The notes beneath the pieces are model-generated. The model was not told the origin of the DNA. It worked only from the letters and a program-made list of their open reading frames with translations, and made no database searches. Of a DNA stretch of 64,000 bases, positions 14,262 to 27,881 are shown piece after piece (the first letter of the stretch is position 1; each line of letters starts with the position of its first letter). This stretch comes from Paramecium tetraurelia (lineage: Eukaryota). The position numbers and the translations under genes were made by a program. The stretch is taken from the NCBI GenBank assembly GCA_000165425.1, contig CT867995.1, positions 62,001-126,000 on the forward strand, given 5' to 3'.

Positions 14262-16903
14262 ATGGATTAAAACACATTTGGATTAATTAAACAAATATAT
14301 AATGCGGATTAAATTATTCGCATCAGCGCTTTGAATGAACTCAAAACAATCTTTAGGGATATTACAAAAATCAAATAAGGATTTGAATAATTGCTTTTAC
14401 CATGGGAAGATTAAAATCTGAGATTACAATACTTTATATTTTTGAAAAGTAACATTACAGAGAATTATGAATGCTCCCCCAATTATATTCAAAAGGAGAT
14501 TTAGATTATCATCTAGGATTTCATGAATAATGTTGACTCATATTTACTTCCATTTTATTGCGATTTACTAAACTTTATAATCGAAAAGACATTGCCATCA
14601 ATAAGCATTATCTAATTCATCATATCTCAAAATACATATAGTAGTATTCACATTAAAATAATTACAGAAATGATGAACAATCGTTTCATCAAAGTTAAAA
14701 TCCTAGCTGCAGATTTCCTAACTATCACTAGAACTATGATTTTGTATTACGATTTGAAAGATATTCAAAAACTGAATCTTCTGGCTGATCTCTATGTTTC
14801 TTTAATTTAACCAATTAATAAATTTGATGAGAACACCAAGAGTATAATCAATCATCAATTTTGTGAAATCTTGACATATCATTGTCTTGAATATGAATTA
14901 TTGAGAAAGTTCGCTAAAGTAGTTTACAAATCAAACAAGTACGGCTTACCTCCAATAGAGATTCAAACAATGTTATTCGATATATTGATGTCTACTTATA
15001 TGTAGAATGAAAATCAGAGAATCACTGATAAATATTTAGCTTACCAAATAATGAAGGTCTTCAAGCAATTGTTGTCTGATAGGTTAATCGAAGAATGGAA
15101 ATAAGAATCTATCATTTTTTATGCGATGGTCAATTTAATTATGCTAGATTATAGATAATATGAAAATCAATTCAATAGAATTGGAGATGATGATTCAGAA
15201 GATTATCTATTGATAAAAGTAAGATAATACGGTGCTGACTTTATTCATCATGTAGCTGGATATTTCTCAGAGGACACAATGTTGAAATAACTCTTTCGTT
15301 TGAAAGATTTAATCAACGATGACCAATAACATGAAGAATTCAATTGCATTAAACTAGAGGCCCATTATTTTGTAATATGCGAGAATATTTCTTCCATCCC
15401 CATGCATATGTTTGATGAAAAGTTCCTAGCGGAGATAATTTAAATACTGAAAATCAAAGAAAGCATGTACATCCCTTTGAAGATGCAAATACTTAATTTG
15501 TTGAGAAAGTTGTTGGAGAAAAAAGCCATAAGGAAATAAGATTTTAATATTGTGATCTCCACTCTACAAGATTAATTTAATGCAAATTTAATTACGACCC
15601 CTGTCTACATCTGCAAAATTGTTAACAATCTTATTTATCTGCACTCTTTGTATCCATCCAAAAAATTAATTACACATCAAACATTTGCTGATCTCAAGAC
15701 ATTATATCAACTCTAAACTAAACTTATACACAAAGAAAATATTTTAAAGACTCTTTGTGAAATACTCAGATTAGAATAAGGAGATTATTCTGTTTTATTA
15801 TTAATTGAGACTGAATGGAATCTAGCAAAGTAAGAGTAACATTTATATAAATATCAAGAAAGTATTCATTATTTTTATATTAGAAATGATATTGAATGTA
15901 TTTGAATTCATTATTGAAGATTGGCCTATTAATCTTCTAAATACAATATTTAATGGCCTTCTTAAAATGGTAAAAGATTGCATAAATAGGAATCACCATT
16001 TGAACCAAAGTTTGTCTGTTCTCTCTCTACTTTTGAAAAAGTATTTACCAACTTATCCAATCAAATACGACCAGATCTTAGCAGACTTTATATAAATCTA
16101 AAAAGACTTTGAAATTATTCTATTAGATGAGCCAGATTAATTTAATCAGATACTTGAATTGTATTATTTAATGTTGCTGCACGATATTGCAGATTACAAT
16201 TTGACATTTTAATTTCTCATCTAGAAGACTAAATATTTATAGAAGGGCCTTTAATTATCTTTACTTTGTCTGCTTTGTACTAACCTCAAGTAAGGATAAC
16301 TGCAAAATTGTATTATTGAATTTTATGCTAATATCCTCTAGTCAGCGTAATAATTTTAAGAATAATAGAATATATGATGAAGGTAGAGCTTATAGCGAAT
16401 TAATTTGTGGATTAGCGATTCTTGATCTAAATCAATACGATATTAAGGATCTACTAATGCAAATCTAGGAAAAAGTACCTAACAGTAAGAATATTCATTT
16501 TAATTTTAGAAATGATTTTCACTATGATAAGCAATGCTACAAAATGTATCCAATATAATATGCCCTACTATTTGAATTATTTGATAAGCTTCTTTAAGAC
16601 TATATTGACTAAATAGCATCTTCTATTTGATATGGAATATATTTCAATAGAATCCAATAATACATAAAATTTGAAGCAATATATCTCCAAAATGAAATCC
16701 TATCTAATTCCAAATGCTTTTTCATTGGAATCATAAATTTTAAGAATTTTTGATACTAAATACTCTACTAAACTTGATTTATGCTAAGAAATTGTTCGAA
16801 AATGTAATTCTTATTCCTAATTATTTTAGTGAGAATCGACGTTACCAAATTGCAGATTTAAACTGAGGAACAAATGGCAATGGAGAATATTCATATTAGT
16901 TGA
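14262..16903 (+). CDS. Importin-beta family (IBN_N + HEAT repeats) karyopherin-like protein
   Basis: MDQNTFGLIKQIYNADQIIRISALNELKTIF..GFEQLLL..DQNLRLQYFIFLKSNITENY matches the IBN_N pattern. Long Leu/Ile-rich helical body; TGA 16901-16903. Confidence 0.65.
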
Positions 16904-17199
16904 TTTATTAAATATATTATATATAAGTTAAATATCAATTTAGGAATGAATTCATTTAAATAGTTTCTGTTATTTCCAATTTTAACTTTCTATGAAAAAC
17001 ACTCACACATTACCTTATCATATGATAATCCAAAATTCTTTGTTGCTCTTAATTTATATAATATATCACATCTCTAAAGAAAAAACTCGTTATTATTATC
17101 TTACTCTGTGTTGTAATCATATTTAAATTTCATTTCAATTTTTGGGTCATTCTATTAACCAAGTCTATTGGAATAGTAAAAACAAATTGTAAATAAATT

Positions 17200-17723
17200 T
17201 ATTCAGTAAAGACACTCCAACGTTTTTATAAAATGGTAAAATATTACCTTAACAATTTTTGAATACTTTTATTTTTTTGTCTTTCTTTTTCAAGAATTCC
17301 TAGCTGAAATTTTGATGCAATTATTATATCTTTCTCATCTGATAAGTAGTTTTCCATAATTCCATTATTAAGAAGTGGTTAAAACAATTATACTTTCGCT
17401 TTGGCTTGATTACATTATTAAACTTCCAATTACTAACTATGTTTTATTTAAACTAGTTACTCTCACATTAATTAGCCTAAAATCTTCCTTCTTTCTATTT
17501 CAACAGATTCTCTTCCTTTATTTTCTTAACTTTTGCATAAATTATTTCCTGCAAATTCATGAGTTATGCATCAATATTTAATTCAAAAGCATAGTTCTCA
17601 TTCTCAAACACTCATTATTACTCTGCTTTTGAGTTATCATGAAGATGTACCAAAGAAGTATTGTTCTGATCGAGAATACTCAAAAAAGATATCTGAAGGG
17701 ACAATTAAAAATAAATGATTCAT
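17200..17723 (-). pseudogene. Probable decayed gene remnant (weak HMG-box-like KPKRKYNCF segment)
   Basis: Long open stretch, but the upstream part has TGA in all three frames and no clean start. Confidence 0.3.
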
Positions 17724-17751
17724 GTTAATTATTATATTTATATTTGTTCTT

Positions 17752-18423
17752 TCAATATTTAGAATACAACTCTTTTCTTTTTTCTCTATGCAAATTTAAA
17801 TTCCTTTATGACCAAAATAGACTTCCCGTAGTTATTAAATCCAAAACAAGTATTTAATATACAATTGCAAAAGTCCAAAAGGGAGCAGTCCCCATATTCG
17901 TTGAGTGTGAGTATGCTATCATCGTTGAAATGATATTTACGAGAGTAGGTACTACCCACCATTGTGATAAAGTTTCAATACAAGAATATGAACACAAACC
18001 CAAAAGGATGGGGAGAGAGTAATATGTGTAATTGATTGGTACTTTTGATCTTAATTTATTTTTCGCTTTGAAATCGTCGAATTTCATCATGTTCAAACCA
18101 ATTAAGGAGCCACATAATAAGCCATATTTTAAATTTAACCAATCTATGCACAACCTAACATTGTAAAAATAGGAAATGTCTTCGAATCTAATACTGAGAG
18201 CATTGTAGAAATAGTAAAATGTGGGTACTGTCATGACCCCAAATAAAATTGAAACAATTCTTGGAGTATTACTTTCAATGTTGGAAGTTTATTATAATAG
18301 TTTTTCTTACATCAATCTAGCCTTTTGTTTTTCAGCATTAATTTGTATTTCATTTTTACTAAACCTTTTAGGAGCCTCGTATATTTATTATCTATATTTG
18401 TAAATACTCCTGAAAACAAGCAT
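17752..18423 (-). CDS. Multi-pass membrane protein (223 aa) with basic N-terminal presequence; possibly TMEM69/DUF3429-like
   Basis: Intronless MLVFRSIYKYRQQIYEAPKRFSK..., about 5 hydrophobic segments, TGA 17752-17754; contains track ORF 17854..18234. Confidence 0.65.
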
Positions 18424-18462
18424 ATAAATAAAATTATTATTAATATAAATAATATTTGATAA

Positions 18463-19407
18463 TCACCAAAAAACTATTAGAACAACGAGTATCCAAATGT
18501 GTAAAATGGAACCAAATACATAAATATCGCAAGCTCTGTCATTTAATGAAGCACTCTCGATAGTTAGACACTTATTCATCGGTTTATACCAAACGCATTA
18601 TTTATCACTCACACATTATTACTCATCCTCAGTACTACATGCAAGTTGTAATTTAAATTCTTGACAAGAATTATTTAACCAATGGCAACCAAAAATGCTA
18701 TATTGATTACATCTGCATTATTCAGTTAATTAGGAACAACTCAAACACTAATTATCTTGATCTTTATTTTGAGTGAAAAAACATTTTTCTGAATTCCTCC
18801 TAGTATTGAAACAATTTTCCTAATTTTTTAATATTAAGTAAATACTTTAGTTGGGATGAGATTACAGGTTTATGCAACACATTAATTGTCTATCCAAATG
18901 CAATTTATTTCTGGAATTAATGATTGCAAACAACTTGATTTTTCAATAATATCAGAGCATTGTTTAATTGATGAACATTATTGATCTTAGTAGATGCATT
19001 TCACCCCATTAGTTTATCTGCAACTTGATTGTGAATTGTGAGTACAATTCTTAACTATGCATGAATCTTCCCAATGGCATTCTATTCCATATGGTTTGAC
19101 TAATGAGCATGATTGTTAATTGTCAATTTCTGAGCAAGATTTGACTGATTTGCATCCTTAAATACTAGTAGCGCAGAGTTCACCTTTATAAGCTAATCCA
19201 TCACAAGGGATTTAAGAATTTTAGCAGGATTTCAATTAACACGTATTTTCATACCAAATGCATTCATGACTTTTAATTATAAATAAATCAATATTACATT
19301 CCATTAATTATATCCTTGCATTCTGCCATAGTCACAGCTTCTGAGCAGGTTAATGGAAATGCATTTATTATAGTGACTAAGATAAACAAAATCAAGATGT
19401 TTTTCAT
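18463..19407 (-). CDS. Cys-rich surface protein (Paramecium surface-antigen-like C-x-W repeats), probably GPI-anchored
   Basis: Signal peptide MKNILILFILVTIINA, periodic Cys with CIW/CHW/CVW motifs, hydrophobic C-terminus FGSILHIWILVVLIVFW*. Confidence 0.85.
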
Positions 19408-19498
19408 GTGTTTTTAATTAAATGAATTGGAAGAGTAGAATGATATAAATTTAAATAATACATACATATAGAAAATAAGTAACCATATGAATACATTT

Positions 19499-20286
19499 TC
19501 AAAAATATTAAGAATATTTTTGTCTTAGACTCTTGTCGAGTGATTATTAACATAATATTTTCACTTTTTAGTTAGGAGTATTGGCCAATAGAAGTTCAAT
19601 AATCTCAAAATGTCTCCATCGAAATGCAGCTACCAATGGATAATCATCAATTTAATTTATCTATTATACTACCAATTATAAATTACTTATACTGAAATAT
19701 TTTAATCAGCACCATATTAAATTAGGATATTACAAACATCCTCAAATCCATTCTTTGCTGCTATGTATAATAGAGTGAATCCTTAAGAATTCTTTTTGTT
19801 CACTAATCTCAAGGGACTTTTTGGTTCATAAAGGTATCTTCCAATTGCATAAATCTATTAAATACCTTTTAGGATCATTCATAAGAATTTTTTCAATTAG
19901 ATCAATTGAGGTGCCCTTCTCCACATAATAAAAGAGTTCTCTTTCTCGCTTTATAGCTTTCATAGCATCACTTAGATCATCATGTGCTCTCTTTTTGGCC
20001 ATTTGTTCCTCATTATTAAGTAAACCTATTTGAGTACACGATCGGAATTTGGTTAGATTCTGATTGAAGGTCACTTCGTCCTTTTATTTAAGTTAACGAT
20101 ATACGGGTGATTAAATAGATTTGATAATAGGCATTTAGAATAATCGAATTGAATGGCAAACATTTCTTATCTTCCTCCAGTAGGTTTTGCTATCACTTTC
20201 ATAAAATGGCACACTATGTGGAAAACATATTATTACTCAGTCACTTATTTTGGACAAGGCTATTCAAAGACTACTTTTTATTACAT
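19499..20286 (-). CDS. Ankyrin-repeat protein
   Basis: ATG 20284-20286; NSQGFTLLYIAAKNGFEDVCNILIQYGAD and PLVAAFRWRHFEIIELLL ankyrin motifs; three tiny introns. Confidence 0.8.
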
Positions 20287-20329
20287 TTTTGGGAAATTTA
20301 TATAATATTTAGTATAGAATGCAACTATC

Positions 20330-21202
20330 ACATAAAAATAATAAAGGATTATTATAACACTATTTCTTACCAAATGGAAAAAATAGAGGCAGCAATTATA
20401 AGTAACCAACCTAACCAATCTGAAATCAATAGGAATGACCTAAATGCCTCCTATTATTAAGATTTTCCATTTCGATTTGAGTAAATTACAAGATCCATAG
20501 AAATCATTCGTAAGCCTTCTTTACATTTCCTATAAATTCATCTTAGAACAACGTGTTTCAACCTGATGGATAATTGCATATAAACTGGGCTAGGATATCC
20601 AAAATTAGAATATTTTATGCATTCCTCAATATCTTGATAGTTAATGCACTCCAGATGTATATTTTTTATTTGGGCTACAGTGGAATGTGTACTGATTAAT
20701 CCTTATTAAATGGTAAAAGATTTTGCATGTAATCTATAAAATAAATCAAGTTATTGGCTGGACTTCTATGGCTAACGCTAAGCATCATTGATACTTTGGG
20801 TTGGAATTGATTTGTAAGGGCAGCCTCTTTTACAGAGCAGGATCGGTGTTCTTTGAAAGCTTAGGATTTTGTAGAGTTTCATTCTAACTCCTATTTGTAT
20901 TTGCTGATCACATAAATTTGTATTTAACACTATTGAAATTATAGAGAAATGGTGATATTTTAGTGAATGACTTTATTATTATTATAACAATTTTTTGTAG
21001 TTAACATCTTCTTTTTAATACAAATTTTAAATACAATGCTCATATTATAATTTTTAAGGCTTTCTTTTTTATTGATGGAACAAATTATAGCTGTGCTTAA
21101 TATCTAATACAAAGGCTACTCAATTTATTGATCTTTAAGGAATTTATTATCAGGAGTTAAGGTAATAGGTAACTAGCTAAAGATTCTTTTTATAAATAAC
21201 AT
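20330..21202 (-). CDS. Coding-like region (one or two uncharacterised genes; structure unresolved)
   Basis: ATG 21200-21202 (MLFIKRIFSQLPITL...) and long open table-6 stretches with candidate tiny introns; the exon joins could not be resolved by eye. Confidence 0.35.
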
Positions 21203-21239
21203 TTATAATATAATTTATAAATATTGAGAAATTAAAATT

Positions 21240-21775
21240 GAGTCTAAAAGTATTTATTTTAATAATAGCTGTCCTTAAATCAATAGAGATTAATTATGAA
21301 ACAGTTTATTGACTTAAACTGAATAAGGGTGGCAGCATATTAATTATATGATGATTTGGAACAGTTGAGATCATTGGCTATATAATTTTAAGTATTCTAA
21401 AGATTGATGTACTTCATGAAATTGGTTAGAATCATTTCTTTAGATTTAATAGATAAATCCGTTTCTTTAATGTTAGAAATAAAATTAACAACAAAGGCAG
21501 TAAGAATGCTATTGCATAATGAATCCGAAAATAAATACTATATATAGATTTGAAAGAGGATGAATCCTCTTTGTATTAAAAATTGATGATAAAAACATTA
21601 AATTCAAGTTGATTTACTATAATAGTTCGAGATTCTTAGAGAAGTTCATAAAGGAACATAGAGATAATCCTGAGGATGAGGATCCCAAACAATTTATTGA
21701 AAGATTTATAAAAGCAAGATTAGAATTTATTTTGCTTTGGATTTCATCTTTATAAATGATTTTAGGATCTCCATG
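21240..21775 (+). pseudogene. Decayed gene remnant, C-terminal segment weakly Vps37/Mod(r)-like
   Basis: EKFIKEHRDNPEDEDPKQFIERFIKARLEFILL segment preceded by frames interrupted by TGA. Confidence 0.25.
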
Positions 21776-21958
21776 ACAAATATAATATGGGAATCTAGTG
21801 GAATATTTGTATTATGAAATATGTGATGCAGTTATAATGATTTATAAACCATACGTGATGTTTTAGTTTAGTTATAATTATTATCGACAATTTAATGTAT
21901 AAAGAAATATAATGAGAATCAATATCTTAAAAATTATTTTAAATTCCTTTTGCATTAA

Positions 21959-23412
21959 ATGGCATATCACAAGAAATCTTTTACTTGGTCTCCCACAGTT
22001 TCCCAAGTGTTAACTAAGACTTGTCTCATCAATCTTAAACCTACTGTCACAGCCAATTAGGGTCCTGTGCGTTTGAAAATTGATACAGAAAGAGAATTAT
22101 AATTCTCAAATGATTTAAGTTGGAATTGGCATAAAAGTTGGAATATACCAAATTTATCAATTAAATTACAACTTGAAGACGAAGATACACCATAGTGGAT
22201 GGATTGTTAGGTAGTTATCAATTTTTAAATTAGGCTTAATTGATGGCTGTAAAACTAAATCAAGATGGAGTCTATGAGGAAGTAGGTTTGGAAGGAGTCA
22301 CAACTCAAGAGCTAGTAGATGGCAAAGCATTTTTTTCTGTATTTTCATTAATCGATTTTTATTTAGGGTGTTAAATTTAACAGTACAACTTACAATCATT
22401 AAGGACATAAGTTTCACTTGATCATTTTGTTGAAAAGTGCAAATAACATTATAACTGCACTAGAGTCTCCTCCTATTTTCGTAGATAGCAGAAAAAGTGC
22501 AAGGGATGAACACAGACAAACATAATTTATTTAGCCATTCGAACCAAAATATTTGGAAAGAAATTTTTGTAAGAAGGAGAAGCACTTCAACGATGTGATT
22601 GAAGCTCCTATTGAAAATAATGAGAATGGACTCCATAACTATCTGACTGCTCCGAACATACGCAATAAGGTATAAGATTTAATGTCATCATGTATAGATT
22701 AAACATCCATTATTTTTGGCCTTGAAATTCTCAAAATGTATGACCATCTATCATTTGAGAACTATGATAACAGACAATCATCTTATAGAATTTCAAAGGC
22801 AGTTAAAATAAAAATAAGGGTAATGTGAATACATAATTGCTTTTTAGTCAAATAACAATAGAATTCGTAAGAAGGTAGAATTATATATTATATAATAGAT
22901 TGAAGAAACTTTAACATAGTTATTCATCCAAAGTAGCGTTAAGGTTATGGAGAGGAAATATGTTGATGAAACGCTCTATTAAAAATTAGATTATGATATC
23001 AAATCATATTATGAGGCATATAACAAATTGGTAGAAATGATGAACTCAACAAATTCTGAAAGCACAATGGAAATTCAGATAGAAGAATAGAACCAATAAT
23101 AGATCAGTTCATAGTAGGGTTAATTCAATCGATAGCAATCAAATGGAGGGAGAAAGTCAGCCTTCAGAAAATTCAACAAAGACTTTGATAAATTGCCAAC
23201 AAAAAACTTTTGTGAATTCCAGAATGAAGATAGTATTTAGAAGAAGGTGAAAGAGGAGGAGGTGATTGACTATGGGAACAAGATGTTACCTGTTAATGTA
23301 TGTATTTAGATTAACTTAATAGATTTAAAATTTGTTTTTTCAAGAATAGTTGATAAAGTATTACTTATTCTAATAGCAATATATGATTAATTTGTTATCT
23401 TAATAGATCTGA
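21959..23412 (+). CDS. Uncharacterised protein with conserved-looking beta-rich N-terminal domain (putative Ig-fold DNA-binding protein)
   Basis: MAYHKKSFTW...WNWHKSWNIP...DGKAFFSGVKFNSTTYNHQGHKFHLIILL..ALESPPIFVDSRKSAR; several tiny introns; Q-rich tail; TGA 23410-23412. Confidence 0.75.
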
Positions 23413-23525
23413 ATGTATTAAAATATATAATAAATAAATAATTATTAAAAAAACCTCATGATTTGAGATCTTTCACTGTTAATATAATTTGATACGAGTT
23501 ATGACATTATAAATTAAATAAATAA

Positions 23526-25330
<1,805 letters not shown>

Positions 25331-25680
25331 TCTTTCATTTAATTTTGTTTTTACAATCTTAGTTTTATTATCCAAATATATCAAAAATATAAATCATTCT
25401 TTACATTTGTCTTCCTGAGTAATATTCTTACTCAAGGTTGTAAAAAAGCAAAGAAGATATTCAATAAAAATGAAAAATCCACTATATTATATCTTCAATT
25501 TAGGTATCTTCACACTACTTTAATAATGTAAAGGTTAGGATATTATAATATGATTATGTGTAAGATCGAATTTGTCTGATGTTCTTCTTATTGTATGACT
25601 TCAGAAATGATGAAAATTTGTAAAATTCCTGAAACAAATTTTGGTTGGTTTAATTTTCCAATAATTTATTTTGATAAAAT

Positions 25681-26760
25681 ATGGCAGGAGGATTAGAAAG
25701 AGTGTATGGAACCGAAGAAGACAAGGTTATCAATAAATCCATATGACATAGGTTAATTGCTCGTTCTATATCAAAATTGGTGCTTGCAGATATGAAAATA
25801 AATGCTAAAGAATCCACAGTATACCTCCCATCTCTTAAACCATATTATTTAAAGTAACAATCCATCCATGAAATTTGTAGCATATGTACCAAAATTCTCC
25901 AATAGAAGTCGCCATCGCCTCTGGAAATGCAGTGTCTTAGGCAGGCATTGAGGAAGCATTGGAAAAATTTGAAAACTTTTATGAGGATGTATTTTTAAAG
26001 GTATGTTTAAATGTTTTATCAATGTATGACAGTTGGCTGAATTTGGAGAGATTGAGGATCTGATAGTCTGTGAAAACATTGGTGATCATTTAGTTGGCAA
26101 TGTATATGTGAAATATACATCGGAATATTATGCTGAGGGCTGTTTTAATGCTTTGCAAAATTTGTCATACGAAAATAGACCATTGCAGATGGAATACTCA
26201 CCTGTATTGGATTTCAGCAGTGCTAAATGCAAACAATACATTGATGGCACATGTCAAAGGTATAAAATTAAACATTTATTTAGAGGTGGAGCCTGCAATT
26301 ACTTACATCTAAAGAAGATTTCTACAAAATTCAAGAAAAGTTTATTCAATCAAATGTATGAAGAGCATCCAGATTACAAAGAAAAAAAAGAAAAAGAAAT
26401 TAATGAGTATTATTCATTTAGATTACTATTTATTAGAAAAAGTCCAAAGAAACATAAGAAGAAGGAAAAGAAATCTAAGAAGAAGAAGAGTAGCAGCAGT
26501 AGGGAATCCAGCAGAAGAAACTCTATTGAGAGATAAAAAATGATTAATGACTGGAATGAAACAGGAATTCAAAATGTAATGCATAATTATTAAGCATTAT
26601 TAAATAGGTTTCTTAAGCATAAAAAATGATGTATGGAAATAATATGCCTGCTCCGGTTTACACACCTAAAGTTTCCATGCGAACAAGTCCAGAGTTATTA
26701 CAACTATAATTACAATTGGCTGCATTAAAAGAGTAATTGACTGCAATTAAAATGAGTTGA
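25681..26760 (+). CDS. U2AF1: U2 snRNP auxiliary factor small subunit (U2AF35)
   Basis: GTEEDK/VNCSFYIKIGACR ZnF1, UHM (FYEDVF..FGEIEDLIVCENIGDHLVGNVYVKY), ZnF2 (CKQYIDGTCQRGGACNYLH), K/S/R-rich tail. Confidence 0.95.
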
Positions 26761-26799
26761 AATGTTTACATTATATTCTATAATAATATATGATTATTT

Positions 26800-27867
26800 T
26801 TGAATACCTAAGAATAGCTTCGATGTTTTAATAATTTTTACCCTTACTTTTAGCCATAATTTAGATTATATCTTAGTTTTACTTTTCCAATAATCTTTAT
26901 AATACTTACCCCAACCCAAAATCATTTTGTAATTCCAGGAATATACAAACATTAATATTGATGATTCTTTGAATTTAATAATATAATAAGATTTATTCTT
27001 AATATTGTAGTTTATACTATTTACAAGTATAATTGAATATTCAAATTTAAGTAACATCCTCCTAGTCTTTCAATCCACTTTAAAATTTCTCTTTGAATGA
27101 ATGATTGCTCAAAGTTAAAGTTCTGGTCAGTTGAGTACAGAATTAAGTTGAGAACGTCATAGTAGTAACTTTCTCACACAACTAAGTCTATTTGTATTCG
27201 TAGTATTCTTAAAACAATTCTTAACCAATATATTCATAAAATAATTTGCAGTTTTACAATTCGTAATCTTAATAATATCATAGAGATACCTTCAATTTCT
27301 TTAGAGTGACATGATTGCAATTGGAACACTCCATCAGAATGCATAAATTTCGCCAAACTATCATATTTTTGATCTAAATATTCGAATAATCTGGTTTTGC
27401 TTAATTGTACATATAATTCTAGGATGGATAAGAGATGTAAATACAATTATCTTCATGTTTAGTATTGCCCAGATTATCGATATGTGTCCTAATGTATTGA
27501 TTTAAGCATAAATGTGCTTAAAAAGGATTTTGGCGGTCAAACATATCCTCATATTTGATAAATTCCTGTAAATTGTTAAGGAATTTGTCCTTCAAAACTC
27601 TGATGGTAGCTAATAGAGGATCAATTGAGTGGATTACTATGATAGATGAATCAAAAGTAATAAGAATATTATGTTACTGGTTAGACAATAATTCCCAATA
27701 AGACTTGCGGTGGGATTCTTGATTAATTTAGATTGAAATATTGGGACATCATTTTGATTGAGATTGACTAGGTATTGGTTCTCTTAGATTAGAATTGAGG
27801 AGTATTCTTCTGAATGGTCTAAATAGTATTGGTCTGCCATCAAGTATTGCAAAGGAGATTCTTACAT
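26800..27867 (-). CDS. Uncharacterised gene or frameshifted pseudogene
   Basis: ATG 27865-27867 opens ~90 codons; downstream open stretches lie in other frames and cannot be joined by a standard-size intron. Confidence 0.35.
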
Positions 27868-27881
27868 ATTAATTAAATTAA

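Noticed and set aside
26800..27867. Possibility that this region encodes the missing Vps11 propeller
   Set aside because: No recognisable Vps11 N-terminal motifs, and the reading frame is unresolved.
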